Assembly (NCBI GenBank): GCA_964016885.1
Contig: OZ024745.1
Coordinates: forward strand, 76,508,001 to 76,572,000
Reading direction: 5' to 3'
Source of the DNA: Eledone cirrhosa
Lineage: Eukaryota
DNA: 64,000 nt
A model generated the notes under the pieces. It worked only from the letters and a program-made list of their open reading frames with translations. It was not told the DNA's origin and made no database searches. Made by a program: the position numbers and the translations under genes. Below, piece after piece: positions 14,249-27,850 of the stretch (positions are counted from its first letter, which is position 1; each line of letters opens with the position of its first letter).

Positions 14249-15955
14249 AAACTTTAGTGGTTTGCAAAGTTAAACTTGAATCTTGTAACAGAATTATAAT
14301 AATCTATTTTTTTTTTGTAATGTGATCTGCTTAGCTGTTTCAGTCATTTATAACATTTAAATAAACATCTTTATAATATTGTAATGCAATCATTATTATA
14401 TTAAATTCACTATATTTCAAATCATTTATTTGATAGGATTATTTATGATTTGTATTTTAATGTCTGTTTACCTGGTTTAATCTAAATGTAAGCGCTATTT
14501 GTTAAGACACTATCTCTACATGTTTAAGATTTGTATTTATAAAAGAAAGCAAATATTTAATTTCAGCTTGATTCATGAGTGGATTGATTCTATGCTTCAT
14601 ATTACATTCTATTTAGAATATTGAGTATTCATCTCCCTGTTAGTAAACGGCAGATGTACTGACATGAATTATCCATTGCTTTCACTATGTTATTTCTATG
14701 CAAAGCATCAAATTATTTCTCTGCAAATGATGCATGTAATAGAGTTACTTTGTTGCAAGCATTCTGGTGAGACACCAGTTTTCTCTTCGATTACATTTCT
14801 CCCAGATACATGGATGAAAATGTTCGAAATGGTCACATCGGCTGAAACAGTCTCATTAGTCTGAGAGGGTTCCGTAAACGTCGCAGGCACTACTTCTTCT
14901 GTCACTAACTTATAAAAGAAAAATCCAAGAAGTTTAAATCTTAATTACTTGATACAAATATCTCTTATCATCTTCGCAGAAAAAACAGCCTATCTCAGTA
15001 ATATTCTAAGGTGAATGTTGACCTATTCCTGAGAACTAATACGCAGCTGGTTGCCTTGTTAATCAAATGAAATCTCTGAAAAAAGATCAATATTCAAACA
15101 GTGTAATAGAGATAGTTTTGAGAGAAGAAAGTGATATCCAGTGAAAAAATACCTGAATCGTTGTTGTCAAGTATAATAAATAAAAGAACATATACATAAA
15201 CTTCTACCCCGTAAACAAAAACAAGAAGAAAACAAGAACAAGAAGAAAAAAGAAACAAAAATGAAAATACATGGGACATAATATGTGGACTGCAATGTAA
15301 ATGCATATAAGCAAAGAAAATAGATATATTTGAAAGCCATATTAAAATATACAGAACGGCAGATTGCTAAAAAAATGGTTATTAATTTTCCTAATTGAAA
15401 TTATTTTCTCCTTGGTTTGTTCAATATTTCCTGAAGTGCTTATGGACATTGTTCAACATGTATAGAATGAATAAAAACACTTCCACGGTTATGACGAAGG
15501 GTAGAAGAGGTAATGATTGATGAAATATTTCCGGTTCGTGTCTGTTAGTTTATGAGTATGTGATAAATGTTTGGTAGTTTGTGCGAAAGAAATCTATTTT
15601 CTCATTTCATACAGCATCATTTTATTTAGTTGAGCCAATTAGTGGGATATCGATCATATTATAAAAAAAAGCCCGTTCTACAATTAGTACAGTATATTTA
15701 CAGGGAGCAGGTAATGAAATCGATTTCTGGTTAAGTAAATTTACACAGAATAAGAGCGTCCTTGTCAAACATTTTCTTTCGTGTAACAGCATTTTGTTAT
15801 TGTTTGTTTTAAATTAATTATCTCTAATTATTATTGTGAGAAATAGACCTGTCAACTCTCCCCGTCCGACGGGGAGATTTCTAATAACTTTTGGTGTTTG
15901 GTGGGAGATGATTTCTCTTGTGAAAATGGGTATAGCTTTCATTATATAACATCCC

Positions 15956-16098
15956 CGCATAGAGTTACGGCCCTTGCCATTCTGAGTTCAAATCCCGCCG
16001 AGGTTAACTTTGCCTTTCATCCTTATGGGGTCGATAAAATAAAGTACCAGTAATGCACTAAGTAATTGCTGGCCTTGTGCCAAAAGTAGAAACAATTA
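15956..16098 (+). mobile_element. SINE family A, 5'-truncated
   Basis: Matches 12190-12330. TSD ATTATATAACATC. Confidence 0.9.
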
Positions 16099-17051
16099 TA
16101 TAACATCTCCCCATTTTGCCTCATTTCTCCCCTTCTTGTAGTACTTTTTTTCATCGTACTCCTCGTTTGGGTTTGTAGAGGTTGGCAGGTCTGTGGTGGA
16201 TTAGCAAATTCATTAGAATGCCGGAAAAAAGGCAAAGTCGGGATAGACAGGATTTTAATTCAGAACTAAAAGAGACGTAACCAAATAACATATCGTATTT
16301 TTCCGGCACTCTACTGTATCTCCACCCCGCTTTTCTAAATTAGTAATAATAACTCGAATGTAAAATGCTACACAGCAGCAATTAACGAACAAAACGGATA
16401 ATCCCCCCCCCCCCAAAAAAAAACCCCAAAACCACACACACACAAAATAAAAAATCAACAAAAAAAAAAAACAACTAAACAATTCCTAACACCAAAACAG
16501 TGAAAACAAGTTTAGATTGTAACCACATATTTAGACATTCCTATAATGAAAATCATATTTAGTTTTTATTACTTTAAAGCAATTTGAAAAACGAATCCAC
16601 TTAATGAACAATTATTATTGATGATTTTTTAAAGAAGTTATTTTTATCATCTAAATTTATCGGAGTTAATCTTTCAGTTTAATAATTCCTTTAATATCAA
16701 AACAATGTTAGTGAAAGGAACAAATGTTTGGTTATTTTCCCATAAATGAAGAGCTAATATAATTAAAACATTATTCCTGGCGCCGACTCTTCTGGAAATA
16801 ACGCTTCTTATAAATATTGTTATAATAGGTTTCAAATTTGATGGAATTCCCTGACACATTTCTAATTGTTATCAACGAAAATATTTCTTTATTCACTTAG
16901 AGAAGAACAGCAAAAATATAACTAATATCAACAGAACGCATTTTGATTTGTGTTTTCAGAAGAAAGCTGATTTTGATTTTTGACTAAGAAAATTATAATT
17001 TTAAATTTTGATGACTTAATATACCCTTTTATTTAATCGTATCATTATAAT

Positions 17052-17161
17052 TTCTTCTTCTTCTTCTTCTTCTTCTTCTTCTTCTTCTTCTTCTTCTTCT
17101 TCTTCTTCTTCTTCTTCTTCTTCTTCTTCTTCTCGTCTTCTCCTTCTCCTTCTTCTTCTTC
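17052..17161. repeat. (CTT)n microsatellite
   Basis: Direct reading. Confidence 0.97.
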
Positions 17162-18301
17162 TGAAGGTCCTATCAGAAGCAACCGTCTTATTACTATAAA
17201 AAAAATCGTTATTTTACAACCTAGGCGAGATGAAAAGCAATGTTAATAATTCAATTAAGCGCTGTTAATCTTTTCGCATGGCTATCTATACTAATTATTT
17301 TTTAACAGCTTTGTCTGATGAAGAAGGGCCCCAATGTTTGCAGCATAAAGAATTCTTCCAAAGGCACTGAAGAGCTAGGTAGTGATATTAAAACAGGTGG
17401 TGGATTAAGCCTACCACCTAAGAGCAGAAACTGCTCTTCCGACGGCTTCCACACACCCTCTGTTAAACGAATTTCTCTCACAAGGCTTTGATTGATCGAT
17501 ACTATGATAGAAGACATTTCCGCAAGAAGCTACATTGTAGGATTGCAACCGAGACCAGCTCTTAACCACAGAATTACGCCCATGTTCTTTTACCACTTGC
17601 TTAAACATTAATAATATCAATATCTCCAGCTAAGGTCACATTTGCCTTTCATCCTTCCAGAGTTGATAAAATGATTACTAGTCAGAAATTGAAATAGAAA
17701 CGTGTGGCCTTGTGCCAATATTAGAAATCAATATCATAATCCCAGGCGAAGTTTTAAATCAGTTTTGAAAACGCAAGAAGATTAATTAATCAAAGGAATT
17801 AATATTTACTCCTAAGTTGCACAGTAAATATTTAGCATTTATAAAATTCATTTATAACCAATAAGTGGGAGTTTACGGTGGAATTTCCTTGGAAAATATG
17901 TCCACATTGAATGTAAATATTGGTCTTATGATTTTATAAGTTTCTGTTTATAGTTTGATGTACAAATTTCCACTTGTCTCTCAGGGAATTTTCATTTCTC
18001 TAGAAAAATTTTCGAAGCAAAATCACTTTAGTACATATAATAAATGTATCACATTTATTTTGATATTAGACATTAAAATTGTCATGGAAAGAAAACTCGC
18101 ATTCAAGGATTTTCGTCTTGATTAATGTTCATCAGGGAGCGTATTTATATATAATTAAACTTTACCAGCTCTAACTATGAATCTAGGTATTGTCTGATTG
18201 TTATGGTAAATGCGCTGAGTGAGTGGATAGAGTGTTGATATCAGAAAATACGACAGTCTGTATTTCGTAACCAGTGCTACATTGGGCTCATGATCAAGAC
18301 T

Positions 18302-18568
18302 AAAAGTCTGTCCCGAGCCCAGAGGACCAGCATGCTGGTGATTACCCCGGTTTCCGTGCGTGAAGCGATTGAGAATATAAGACTCTCCCCTGGACAGGAC
18401 GCCAGTCCATCGCAGTGTTAAAAACTCAGCTATTGCCGAGTATACTAGAGCAACGTGAAATAAAGTATTTTGCCCAAGAACACGACACACAACCGTGTCC
18501 AGGAATCGAATCCACAGCATTATGCTCGTAAGTCCAACAACCTTACCACTAGGGCACGCGACTGCACA
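18302..18568 (-). mobile_element. tRNA-derived SINE family B
   Basis: tRNA-like head and CTTGGGCAAAATACTTTATTTCACGTTGCTC core. Shared with 40761-41072, 56995-57120, 60527-60825 and 61960-62122. Confidence 0.75.
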
Positions 18569-19344
18569 TGGCCAAGTGGCTTATCTTTAAAATAGCTTAG
18601 TCCGCTATGTAAATACTAAACATTAGTGTAGGCCACAAGAACAGTGCTTCGTTCAAACTCTAGCATGGGTGTCACTTGAACAGTGATGTGCTCTAGTCGA
18701 TTTATAAGTTCTAAATACACGCCAACATAACGAAGTTTGAAAAGATAACCCTGTTACAATGTTTATAATTTAAAGTTAGGTTGTATCCTCTTAATTGTTT
18801 AACCGCCCACCCATCTACGTTTCCATTCATTTCAACATACATCATACACATCTCAAAGGAAATATATCAATACATTATATTTACAAGTTTCATTAGCACA
18901 GTGCTGGACTATTATCATCATTTTTATTTCCTTTACATTTACTTAGATTTTGAGCGGAACGTCATTATGGGGTTGATAAAATAAAGTACCAGTAATGTAC
19001 TGGATAATTTCTGGCCTTGAGCCAAAAGTAGAAACAATTATATAATCTAGTGGGTTTGTAGTAGAATTGGATTTCTTTTCAGCTATTTCTTATGTAATAA
19101 TGCTGACAAATAATTCACATTCATATTGTCACACGTTATCTTTAAAAAAGGAGTATTTTTGTGCGTATTTTTGTATGATGTAATTTAAATTTTTATTATA
19201 CTTTAATAAAACTGTTTCTCATAATCTTTTATTGTATATATGGATGAGCGAACACTATACACGGATATCGAATTATGGTATCTTTTCAATAAATGTTTCC
19301 ATCCAATCAATAAATTATCAAATTGCATTGTCCACTGCATTGTC

Positions 19345-19870
19345 CTTCTAGGAGAAGACAACTCGGGAAACTGGGATAACTCCGATATAAAACCTGCGGC
19401 TCAGTAGTTACCGATGATATTGATCTTTTCTTCTTTTCGGGTTATAGCTAATGTCGCTCAGAGAGTGGGATTGGCTCAGTGCACAGTCATTCCTCACTTA
19501 AAAAAATATCTTCACGCACAGGCATTGCACGCTGCCCCCTCGTTATCGAGTATGGCCATTGCATGATATACCATTATTAATAATTGTTTCTACTTTAGGC
19601 ACAAGGCCAGCAATTACCCAGTGCATTACTGGTACTTTATTTTATCGACCCCGAAAGGATGAAAGGCAAAGTAAATCCCGCAAAGTAAATAAAGTACCAG
19701 TAATGCACTGGGTCATTGCTGGCCTTGTGCCTAAAGTAGAAACAATTATTAATAATGGTATATCATGCAATGGCCATACTCGATAACGAGGGGGCAGCCA
19801 TCATGTATGTATGTATGTATGTATGTATGTATGTATGTATGTATGTATGTATGTATGTATGTATGTATGC
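19345..19870 (+). mobile_element. RTE-derived non-autonomous element with a fold-back containing SINE A tails, ending in (ATGT)n
   Basis: CTAGGAGAAG...AACTCCGATATAAAACC is similar to the 42005/44558 element. IR 19531-19642 / 19687-19798. Confidence 0.65.
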
Positions 19871-20460
19871 AGACGTATGTATGTTTGTATGTATGAATGT
19901 ATGAATGTATGCATGTATGCGCAGTGAAATGGAAATACTCAGTTTGGTGCCCGAGCGCGCAGTTAGTCCGCTGGGAGCGAGAGACATCTAGTCCTTGTTT
20001 AAGACATCATTCCAGAAAGAAAACCTTCATGTAAAACTTGCAATTCGATGACAGCCAAATTATATTGACCTGTTCTTCTATTTGGATACCTGTCACTTTT
20101 GTTCAGAGAGTGGAATTGGTTCAGCGCTAGACATTACTTCACTTAAAGAAACTTCAGCTATCACATGATCTCAACATTTCCCATGTATGTTGCATGAGCA
20201 TGGCTGGCTATAGTCGGGAAAAGAAGTTATTTTCTTTTTCGCTGCATCATATACAGAAAAGTATGTAAGTCTTTCGTAGGGTTAAAATGTCATGTGTTGT
20301 GTGGATCAAATAATTGAAATTGACATCATATATATATATATATTACATGCATGTATAAATGTATATGGCATGTAAATGATGGCTGCATGTCAATTTCAAG
20401 AATTTCAATTTATATACACACACATATAAATATAATATAGTATAATATATAATATAATAT

Positions 20461-20577
20461 AATTATTTCTACTTTTGGCACAAGGCCAGCAATTATCCCA
20501 GTGCATTACTGGTACTTTATTTTATCGACCCCGTAAGGATGAAAGGCAAAGTTAACCTCGGCGGGATATGAACTCAA
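20461..20577 (-). mobile_element. SINE family A, 5'-truncated
   Basis: Sequence match to the family consensus. Confidence 0.88.
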
Positions 20578-20617
20578 ATATAATATAATATACATACATA
20601 TATATATATATCTATAT

Positions 20618-21655
20618 AGTATTAGTTATACTATTTATGGTTATGTAAATACAAAACCTTATGCAGTTATAAGTATTTTACACACACCCTAAATAGTGGT
20701 AGGCAGTAATGTATTACTACCTTATTACCAGTAAGTTAAGTAGCTCAATGTAAAAACATCAGATGGTTTACAGAGCAGTTATATGAAATATAAGAATCAA
20801 AGAACTGTTCAAAACATTATTGTGCTTACAGCTGTTTCCTCCAAACCGAGGTTTGGATTCTTCGGAGCAATTTATTAATGCATGGACAGTTATATGACCT
20901 CCTTTTCAGCCGAGAGACATACCGATACATATTCAAACATTGATACATATTCAAACATTGTGGGTCAGCATTCATTACAGAATTTAGAGTGGCAGTACAC
21001 ACTTCGAGATTACATTTATATTAAGAGGTACAATCAAAAATCAAAATACAGGTTAAAATACAACATGAAGATAAGCGGTTATATAGTGCAAATGTTATAT
21101 GTGTGGCACGCCTGTGCGTCTTGTTTATATAGTGTGGCAGAGAGATATGTGTGGTAGAGGCACTTAGGTAGGTAAACAAGAGTGTTAGGTTGGTAGATCT
21201 GGTGGCAAATTCTTCATATAAAGAATTTGCCACCAGATCTACCAACCTAACACTCTTGTTTACCTACCTAAGTGCCTCTACCACACATATCTCTCTGCCA
21301 CACTATATAAACAAGACGCACATGCGTGCCACACATATAACATTTGCACTATATAACCGCTTATCTTCATGTTGTATTTTAACCTGTATTTTGATTTTTG
21401 ATTGTACCTCTTAATATAAATGTAATCTCGAAGTGTGTACTGCCACTCTAAATTCTGTAATGAATGTTGACCCACAATGTTTGAATATGTATCAATGTTT
21501 GAATATGTATCGGTATGTCTCTCGGCTGAAAAGGAGGTCATATAACTGTCCATGCATTAATAAATTGCTCCGAAGAATCCAAACCTCGGTTTGGAGAAAA
21601 CAGCTGTAAGCACAATAATGTTTTGAACAGTTCTTTGATTCTTATATTTCATATA
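20618..21655 (-). mobile_element. Non-coding fold-back PLE derivative: ~876-bp palindrome plus tail
   Basis: Arms 20780-21217 / 21218-21655 with a few mismatches. Variant HHR 20823-20869 (-). Tail stem 20743-20776. TA flanks. Confidence 0.9.
20823..20869 (-). ncRNA. Type I HHR with U4C core variant (mirror 21566-21612 has GAAA changed to AAAA)
   Basis: TGCT-CCGAAGA-ATCCAAACCTCGGTTTGGAG-GAAA-CAGCT-GTA-AGCA. Confidence 0.7.
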
Positions 21656-21664
21656 TTTCATATA

Positions 21665-21751
<87 letters not shown>

Positions 21752-21782
21752 CACAGACGTGTTTTGAAACCCTTATGAGGTA

Positions 21783-21875
21783 TCCTCTTGATAAGTCGGC
21801 AGAACTCACACAAACTCTATATCTCTATGATGTAGTGTTTTTGCATAATATGCCACGAAACTACGTAGTCGGGGA
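21783..21875 (+). ncRNA. Type I HHR with compensatory U3-A8 core (UUGAUAA)
   Basis: TCCTC-TTGATAA-GTCGGCA...TGCCAC-GAAA-CTACGTA-GTC-GGGGA. The same core occurs in copy 35489-35578 (-). Confidence 0.8.
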
Positions 21876-21946
21876 CTATAGAAGCAGTTTAGTAATATAT
21901 CTTATTACTAATTATATCTAATGTTTCTTCTCTCTTCATAATGTAT

Positions 21947-21977
<31 letters not shown>

Positions 21978-21993
21978 TATAAATATATATATA

Positions 21994-22032
<39 letters not shown>

Positions 22033-22247
22033 TATAAAGCAATTTGATTTCAAATGCGAAAGCATGTTTAACATCCTGTGATGTTGGGTTTGAATAGTTT
22101 TTAGGATTCCCCAGTCCAGCAGCCAGTACGTTAAATAAAATTGATAGTTACAACAATAAAGGCTGAACAGAGAACAAATTTTTTAACAAACTTTACAATA
22201 ATTTATACAACCATAATGGAAATTCCAAGTAACAGAAAATACATAAA

Positions 22248-22579
22248 TTACATTGTTAGAGTCTCAGAGTACACAATATTTTTTGTTCGGGCTTCGGCAG
22301 CAAAGATGAAGAGATTGTTTGGCGAGCTCACGCTAGAGCATCCTACATACAATTGACCATGGGAGAAGCATGGTTTTCCCAGATGAAGGCCAGCCACTTT
22401 TAGGGTTTGACTCTGAGCTTTGTTGATGGTAATCGCGAAGCTTAGTATTATTGGAAACTGAAGTCGCTTGAACTCAAAGGGTAAGTCGGCTGGCAGCAAC
22501 GGGAGACTGTTGCTCTAGTAACATTTTTTCTTCTGGAAAATCTGATCTTGCGGCCAGGTTGGGACTTTTTGTTTGGCAT
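22248..22579 (-). pseudogene. Helitron RepHel remnant: Pif1 helicase C-terminus joined to a putative N-terminus
   Basis: LPFEFKRLQFPIILSFAITINKAQSQTL...PCFSHGQLYVGCSSV...TKNIVYSE are Helitron helicase motifs. Upstream, in another frame: MPNKKSQPGRKIRFSRRK. Confidence 0.88.
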
Positions 22580-22690
22580 ATCGGCAGGAACAATGACGAT
22601 AAGCCGTCTGTGCTTTCGTGAAATAAATACGTTTGTTTATATTTAGTTTTTGGGTATGCAAAAATATCTGTACACGAACATATAATTGTA

Positions 22691-23011
22691 CATTACTGGT
22701 ACTTTATTTTATCGACCCCGTAAGGATGAAAGGCAAAGTTAACCTCGGCACGATTTGAACTCAGATCATAAAGGGAGGTAACTCTATGCTTCAAAGCATG
22801 GTGTCCGACTCTCTACCGATACTGCCAATCCCTTCAGAAATAATTGTTTCTACTTTTGGCACAAGGCCAGCAATTACCCAGTGCATTACTGGTACTTTAT
22901 TTTATCGACCCCGTAAGGATGAAAGGCAAAGTCAACCTCGGCGGGTTTGAACTCAGATCGTAAAGGGACGTAACTATGCTGGAAAGCATAGCGTCCGACC
23001 CTCTACCGATC
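22691..23011 (-). mobile_element. Two tandem SINE family A copies
   Basis: 22691-22831 and 22841-23011. TSD TCAGAAATAAT flanks the second copy. Confidence 0.9.
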
Positions 23012-23742
23012 AGAAATAATGATATTTGTTTATTAAAAAACCCCAACAAAGATTTAATATAATAGGTCTGTTTGGGAACAGGTTTTGAATTGACCAATAG
23101 AAAAGTAGTAAGTGGTCAAGTTGATAGAATAGTAGTAGTAGAAATTTAATTTAGGGGTAGAGGAAAGCAGACTTCAGTTTTGAATGGAAAGAATACTTTG
23201 AATGAAAAGATTACTTTGGGGATGAAAAGAGATCAAGCCGGTGAAAGGTACACAAAAAATATGATGTTATTAAAGAATGGTAATGTTAAAATCGAAGGAG
23301 AATAACATTTTAGGGTAAATGTGTTAGTGAGAAATAACAATCTTATTTAAAACATAAGGAATTTAGATCTATAAAAAGAAATTAAATTAATTTAATTGAT
23401 AGGTATACTTATAGGGGTAAATTTATATTAATTCATATAGATGTGATAAATAAGAGTTTGATGTTATTAAAGAATGTTGTTAAAAACGAAGGAAAAATTT
23501 TTTTGGGGGATAAATGTATTAGTGAGAAATAACAAACTTATATAGACTACAAGGAATTTAGATTCATAACAGGAAATTAAAATAGTTTATATGTATACAT
23601 ATAGGTATTAATTTTAGGAAAAGATAGCTGTAAAAGGGAAATAAAATTATGAAGTTCTCAGTAGTAAAATACTAATTATTGGTTAACTAAATTAAAAAAA
23701 ACTAATTATAATAATTTGTAAAATATAAGTGTAAGGTGTATA

Positions 23743-24010
23743 TTAATTAGGTTTATAATATTTGAAAGTTCTTCTAATTCTATGATTGCAAGATATAATT
23801 AATTTTTGTCGCTTATTTAACAGGATATCCTTAGACTTCATTATTTCAAAAAGTTCCTGGGAACATAATCTACACTCATATCTGTTATTTTGATAAGGGA
23901 TCGCCCTGTTGAGCACACTCCAGGTCAGGTTATAGTCGATATTCTTTTTTCTATAATTATTAATTATTTCAGCCAAGGATGTTATATTAGCTAATGCGGC
24001 ATTTTAATAA
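23743..24010 (-). pseudogene. PLE GIY-YIG C-terminal fragment; its AT-rich 3' UTR (to ~23020) has a ~195-bp-period internal duplication
   Basis: TSLAEIINNYRKKNIDYNLTWSVLNRAIPY...CRLCSQE...LLNKRQKLIISCNH. It begins at a TA array. Confidence 0.85.
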
Positions 24011-24013
24011 CTG

Positions 24014-24079
<66 letters not shown>

Positions 24080-24138
24080 TATAAATATATAAATATATAA
24101 ATATATAAATATATAAATATATATATATATATAAATAA

Positions 24139-24193
<55 letters not shown>

Positions 24194-24250
24194 TATAAAT
24201 ATATATATATATATAAATATATAAATATATAAATATATATATATATATAA

Positions 24251-24289
<39 letters not shown>

Positions 24290-24352
24290 TATAAATATAT
24301 AAATATATATATATATAAATATATAAATATATAAATATATATATATATATAA

Positions 24353-24399
<47 letters not shown>

Positions 24400-24897
24400 T
24401 ATAAATATATAAATATATATATATATAAATATATAAATATATAAATATATATATATATATATAAATATATAAATATATATATATAAACAAATATATATAT
24501 ATAAATAAATATATATATATAAATATATATATATAAAAAAATATATATATATAAATAAATATATATATATAAATATATATATATATAAATATATATATAT
24601 AAATAAATATATATATATATAAATATATATATATAAGTAAATATATATAAATATATATATGTAAATATATATATATAAATAAATATATATATATAAATAT
24701 ATATATATAAATAAATATATATAAATAAATATATATATATATAAATAAATATATATATATAAATAAATATATATATATAAATAAATATATATATATAAAT
24801 AAATATAAACAAATATATGTATATAAATAAATATATATAAATAAATATATATATATATATATATAAATAAATATATATATATAAATAAATATATGTA

Positions 24898-25443
24898 GAT
24901 AAATCTACCAAGAGTTTACGGTAGTGTCCAATCCGTATGAAGAACTCAATGTATTCCGGATATCATGGAAAGAAGAGATGTAATGAAAATCCACTTTCGG
25001 TGAAAGATAAACGGTATACAGAGTCAAGATAAAATATTAAACAAATAATGAACAAACAATTCCTTATATTAAACAAAAAAAGTTCACTATTTAACGATCG
25101 TTTCTAGGGTATATATGTGTTATAATTGGTATGCATATTTAACAGATCTATGTACAAAATTATACAAAATTATACAAATTATCAAGATTAAATATACATA
25201 CCTAACTCATATATACGCCGTCTTCAGAAATAATCATTTTATTTCTGAAGACGGCGTATATATGAGTTAGGTATGTATATTTAATCTTGATAATTTGTAT
25301 AATTTTGTATAATTTTGTACATAGATCTGTTAAATATGCATACCAATTATAACACATATATACCCTAGAAACGATCGTTAAATAGTGAACTTTTTTTGTT
25401 TAATATAAGGAATTGTTTGTTCATTATTTGTTTAATATTTTAT
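24898..25443 (-). mobile_element. Fold-back PLE derivative: 415-bp palindrome plus tail
   Basis: Arms 25029-25233 / 25239-25443 with a 5-nt spacer. Tail stem GACTC...GAGTT on minus (24943-25025). Confidence 0.9.
25239..25385 (+). ncRNA. Type I HHR with ~116-nt stem II region (mirror 25087-25233)
   Basis: TTATTT-CTGAAGA-CGGCGTATATATG...CATATATACCCTA-GAAA-CGATC-GTT-AAATAG. Confidence 0.7.
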
Positions 25444-26311
25444 AAATAAATATATATATATATATATATATATAAATATATATATAAATATATAAATATA
25501 TATATATAAACAAATATATATATATAAATAAATAAATATATATATATAAATATATATATATAAACAAATATATATATATAAATAAATATATATATATAAA
25601 TATATATATATAAATATATATATATAAATATATATATATAAATATATATATATAAATATATATATATATAAATAAATATATATATATAAATAAATATATA
25701 TATATAAATAAATATATATATATAAATAAATATATATATATAAATAAATATATATATATAAATATATATATGTAAATATATATATAAATAAATATATATA
25801 TATAAATATATATATAGAAATAAATATATATATATAAATAAATATATATATATAAATAAATATATATATATAAATATATATATGTAAATATATATATATA
25901 AATAAATATATATAAATAAATATATATATATATATATAAATATATATATTAAATATATATATAAATATATATATATAAATATGTATATATAAATATATAT
26001 ATAAATATATATATATAAATTGAAACAAAATGAAAACGAAATTTCATTTCTCACTCTTAGTATATATATATAAATATATAAATATATATATAAATATAAA
26101 TATATATATAAATATATATATAGATATAAATATATATATAAATATATATATATATAAATATATATATAAATATATATATATATATAAATATATATATAAA
26201 TATATATATAAATATATATATAAATATATATATATAAATATATATATATAAATATATATATAAATATATATATAAATATATATATAAATATATATATAAA
26301 TATATATATAA

Positions 26312-26356
<45 letters not shown>

Positions 26357-26401
26357 AATATATATATAAATATATATATAAATATATATATATATATAAA
26401 T

Positions 26402-26468
<67 letters not shown>

Positions 26469-26503
26469 AATATATATATATATAAATATATATATATATA
26501 AAT

Positions 26504-26642
<139 letters not shown>

Positions 26643-26671
26643 AATATATATATATATAAATATATATATAT

Positions 26672-27016
26672 AGCTATGTAATAAACATTATAAGGCAATT
26701 ATTCCATTTACCAGTCGTTTCTTAAAAGCAAAAAACTTTGCTTTCAATCATCAGAATGAAAAAATCCTGGTGTTTTTATTCATATTGAATTCTAAAAACT
26801 AAAATGCAATCTATATGAAAGTGTGGTTGGAGAAGGAAGAAGGAAAGGAAAAATAAAATAAAAACACACATGCAAACACGCACACACACACACACACACA
26901 ATTATATTCACACACACACACATATATATATATATATACATACACACATACATGCACACACACATATACACATATATATGTGTATATATACACATACACA
27001 TACATATACACATACA

Positions 27017-27050
<34 letters not shown>

Positions 27051-27202
27051 CATACATACATACACACATAAATATCAACATATCCATACATACACATACA
27101 TATATACAACCACACACATATATATATACATATATATATAGAAATAAAAAAATATATATATATGCAAACACATACACATACATAGCCATACACACATACA
27201 TA

Positions 27203-27236
<34 letters not shown>

Positions 27237-27602
27237 CATACACACAATCATACGTATATACACACGTACATACATACACATACATACACACATATATACA
27301 TGCATACATATGCATGCACAAAAATAGAAAAATATACACACACCTCTACATATTCACACACGCAAATAAATATAAGAAAAAATATATATAATAATAAAAA
27401 AGAAAATAAAGACTATTATAAAGTTGACGGCGATACAGCAACAAATAAATGAACATACACACGTGGTAAGCAATACACACAAATGCACGTACACATACAT
27501 ACGTAAAAATAAATACATACACACACTCTCACACACAAATATACATATACAAATACATAAACACATACATACGCATAAACACATACATACGCATAAACAA
27601 AT

Positions 27603-27633
<31 letters not shown>

Positions 27634-27713
27634 GACACACACACTTCACACACACACACATATATACATATATACACACACATATACATATATACACACA
27701 CATATACATATAT

Positions 27714-27764
<51 letters not shown>

Positions 27765-27850
27765 TACATAGCCATACAATTATACACATATAAATACGTA
27801 CATATCACAAACACGGACAACCAAATACAAACACATACATATATATATAT
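26672..27850 (-). mobile_element. PLE 3' UTR/pLTR made largely of CA/TA-like sequence, HHR at 26702-26761; related to 33164-34346
   Basis: Minus strand TTTCATT-CTGATGA-TTGAAAGCAA...TTGCTTTTAA-GAAA-CGACTG-GTA-AATGGAA. Colinear inverted similarity to 33164-34283. Confidence 0.8.

Noticed and set aside
14948-15077. Minus-strand AG...GT bounded candidate exon
   Set aside because: Stop codons in all three frames.
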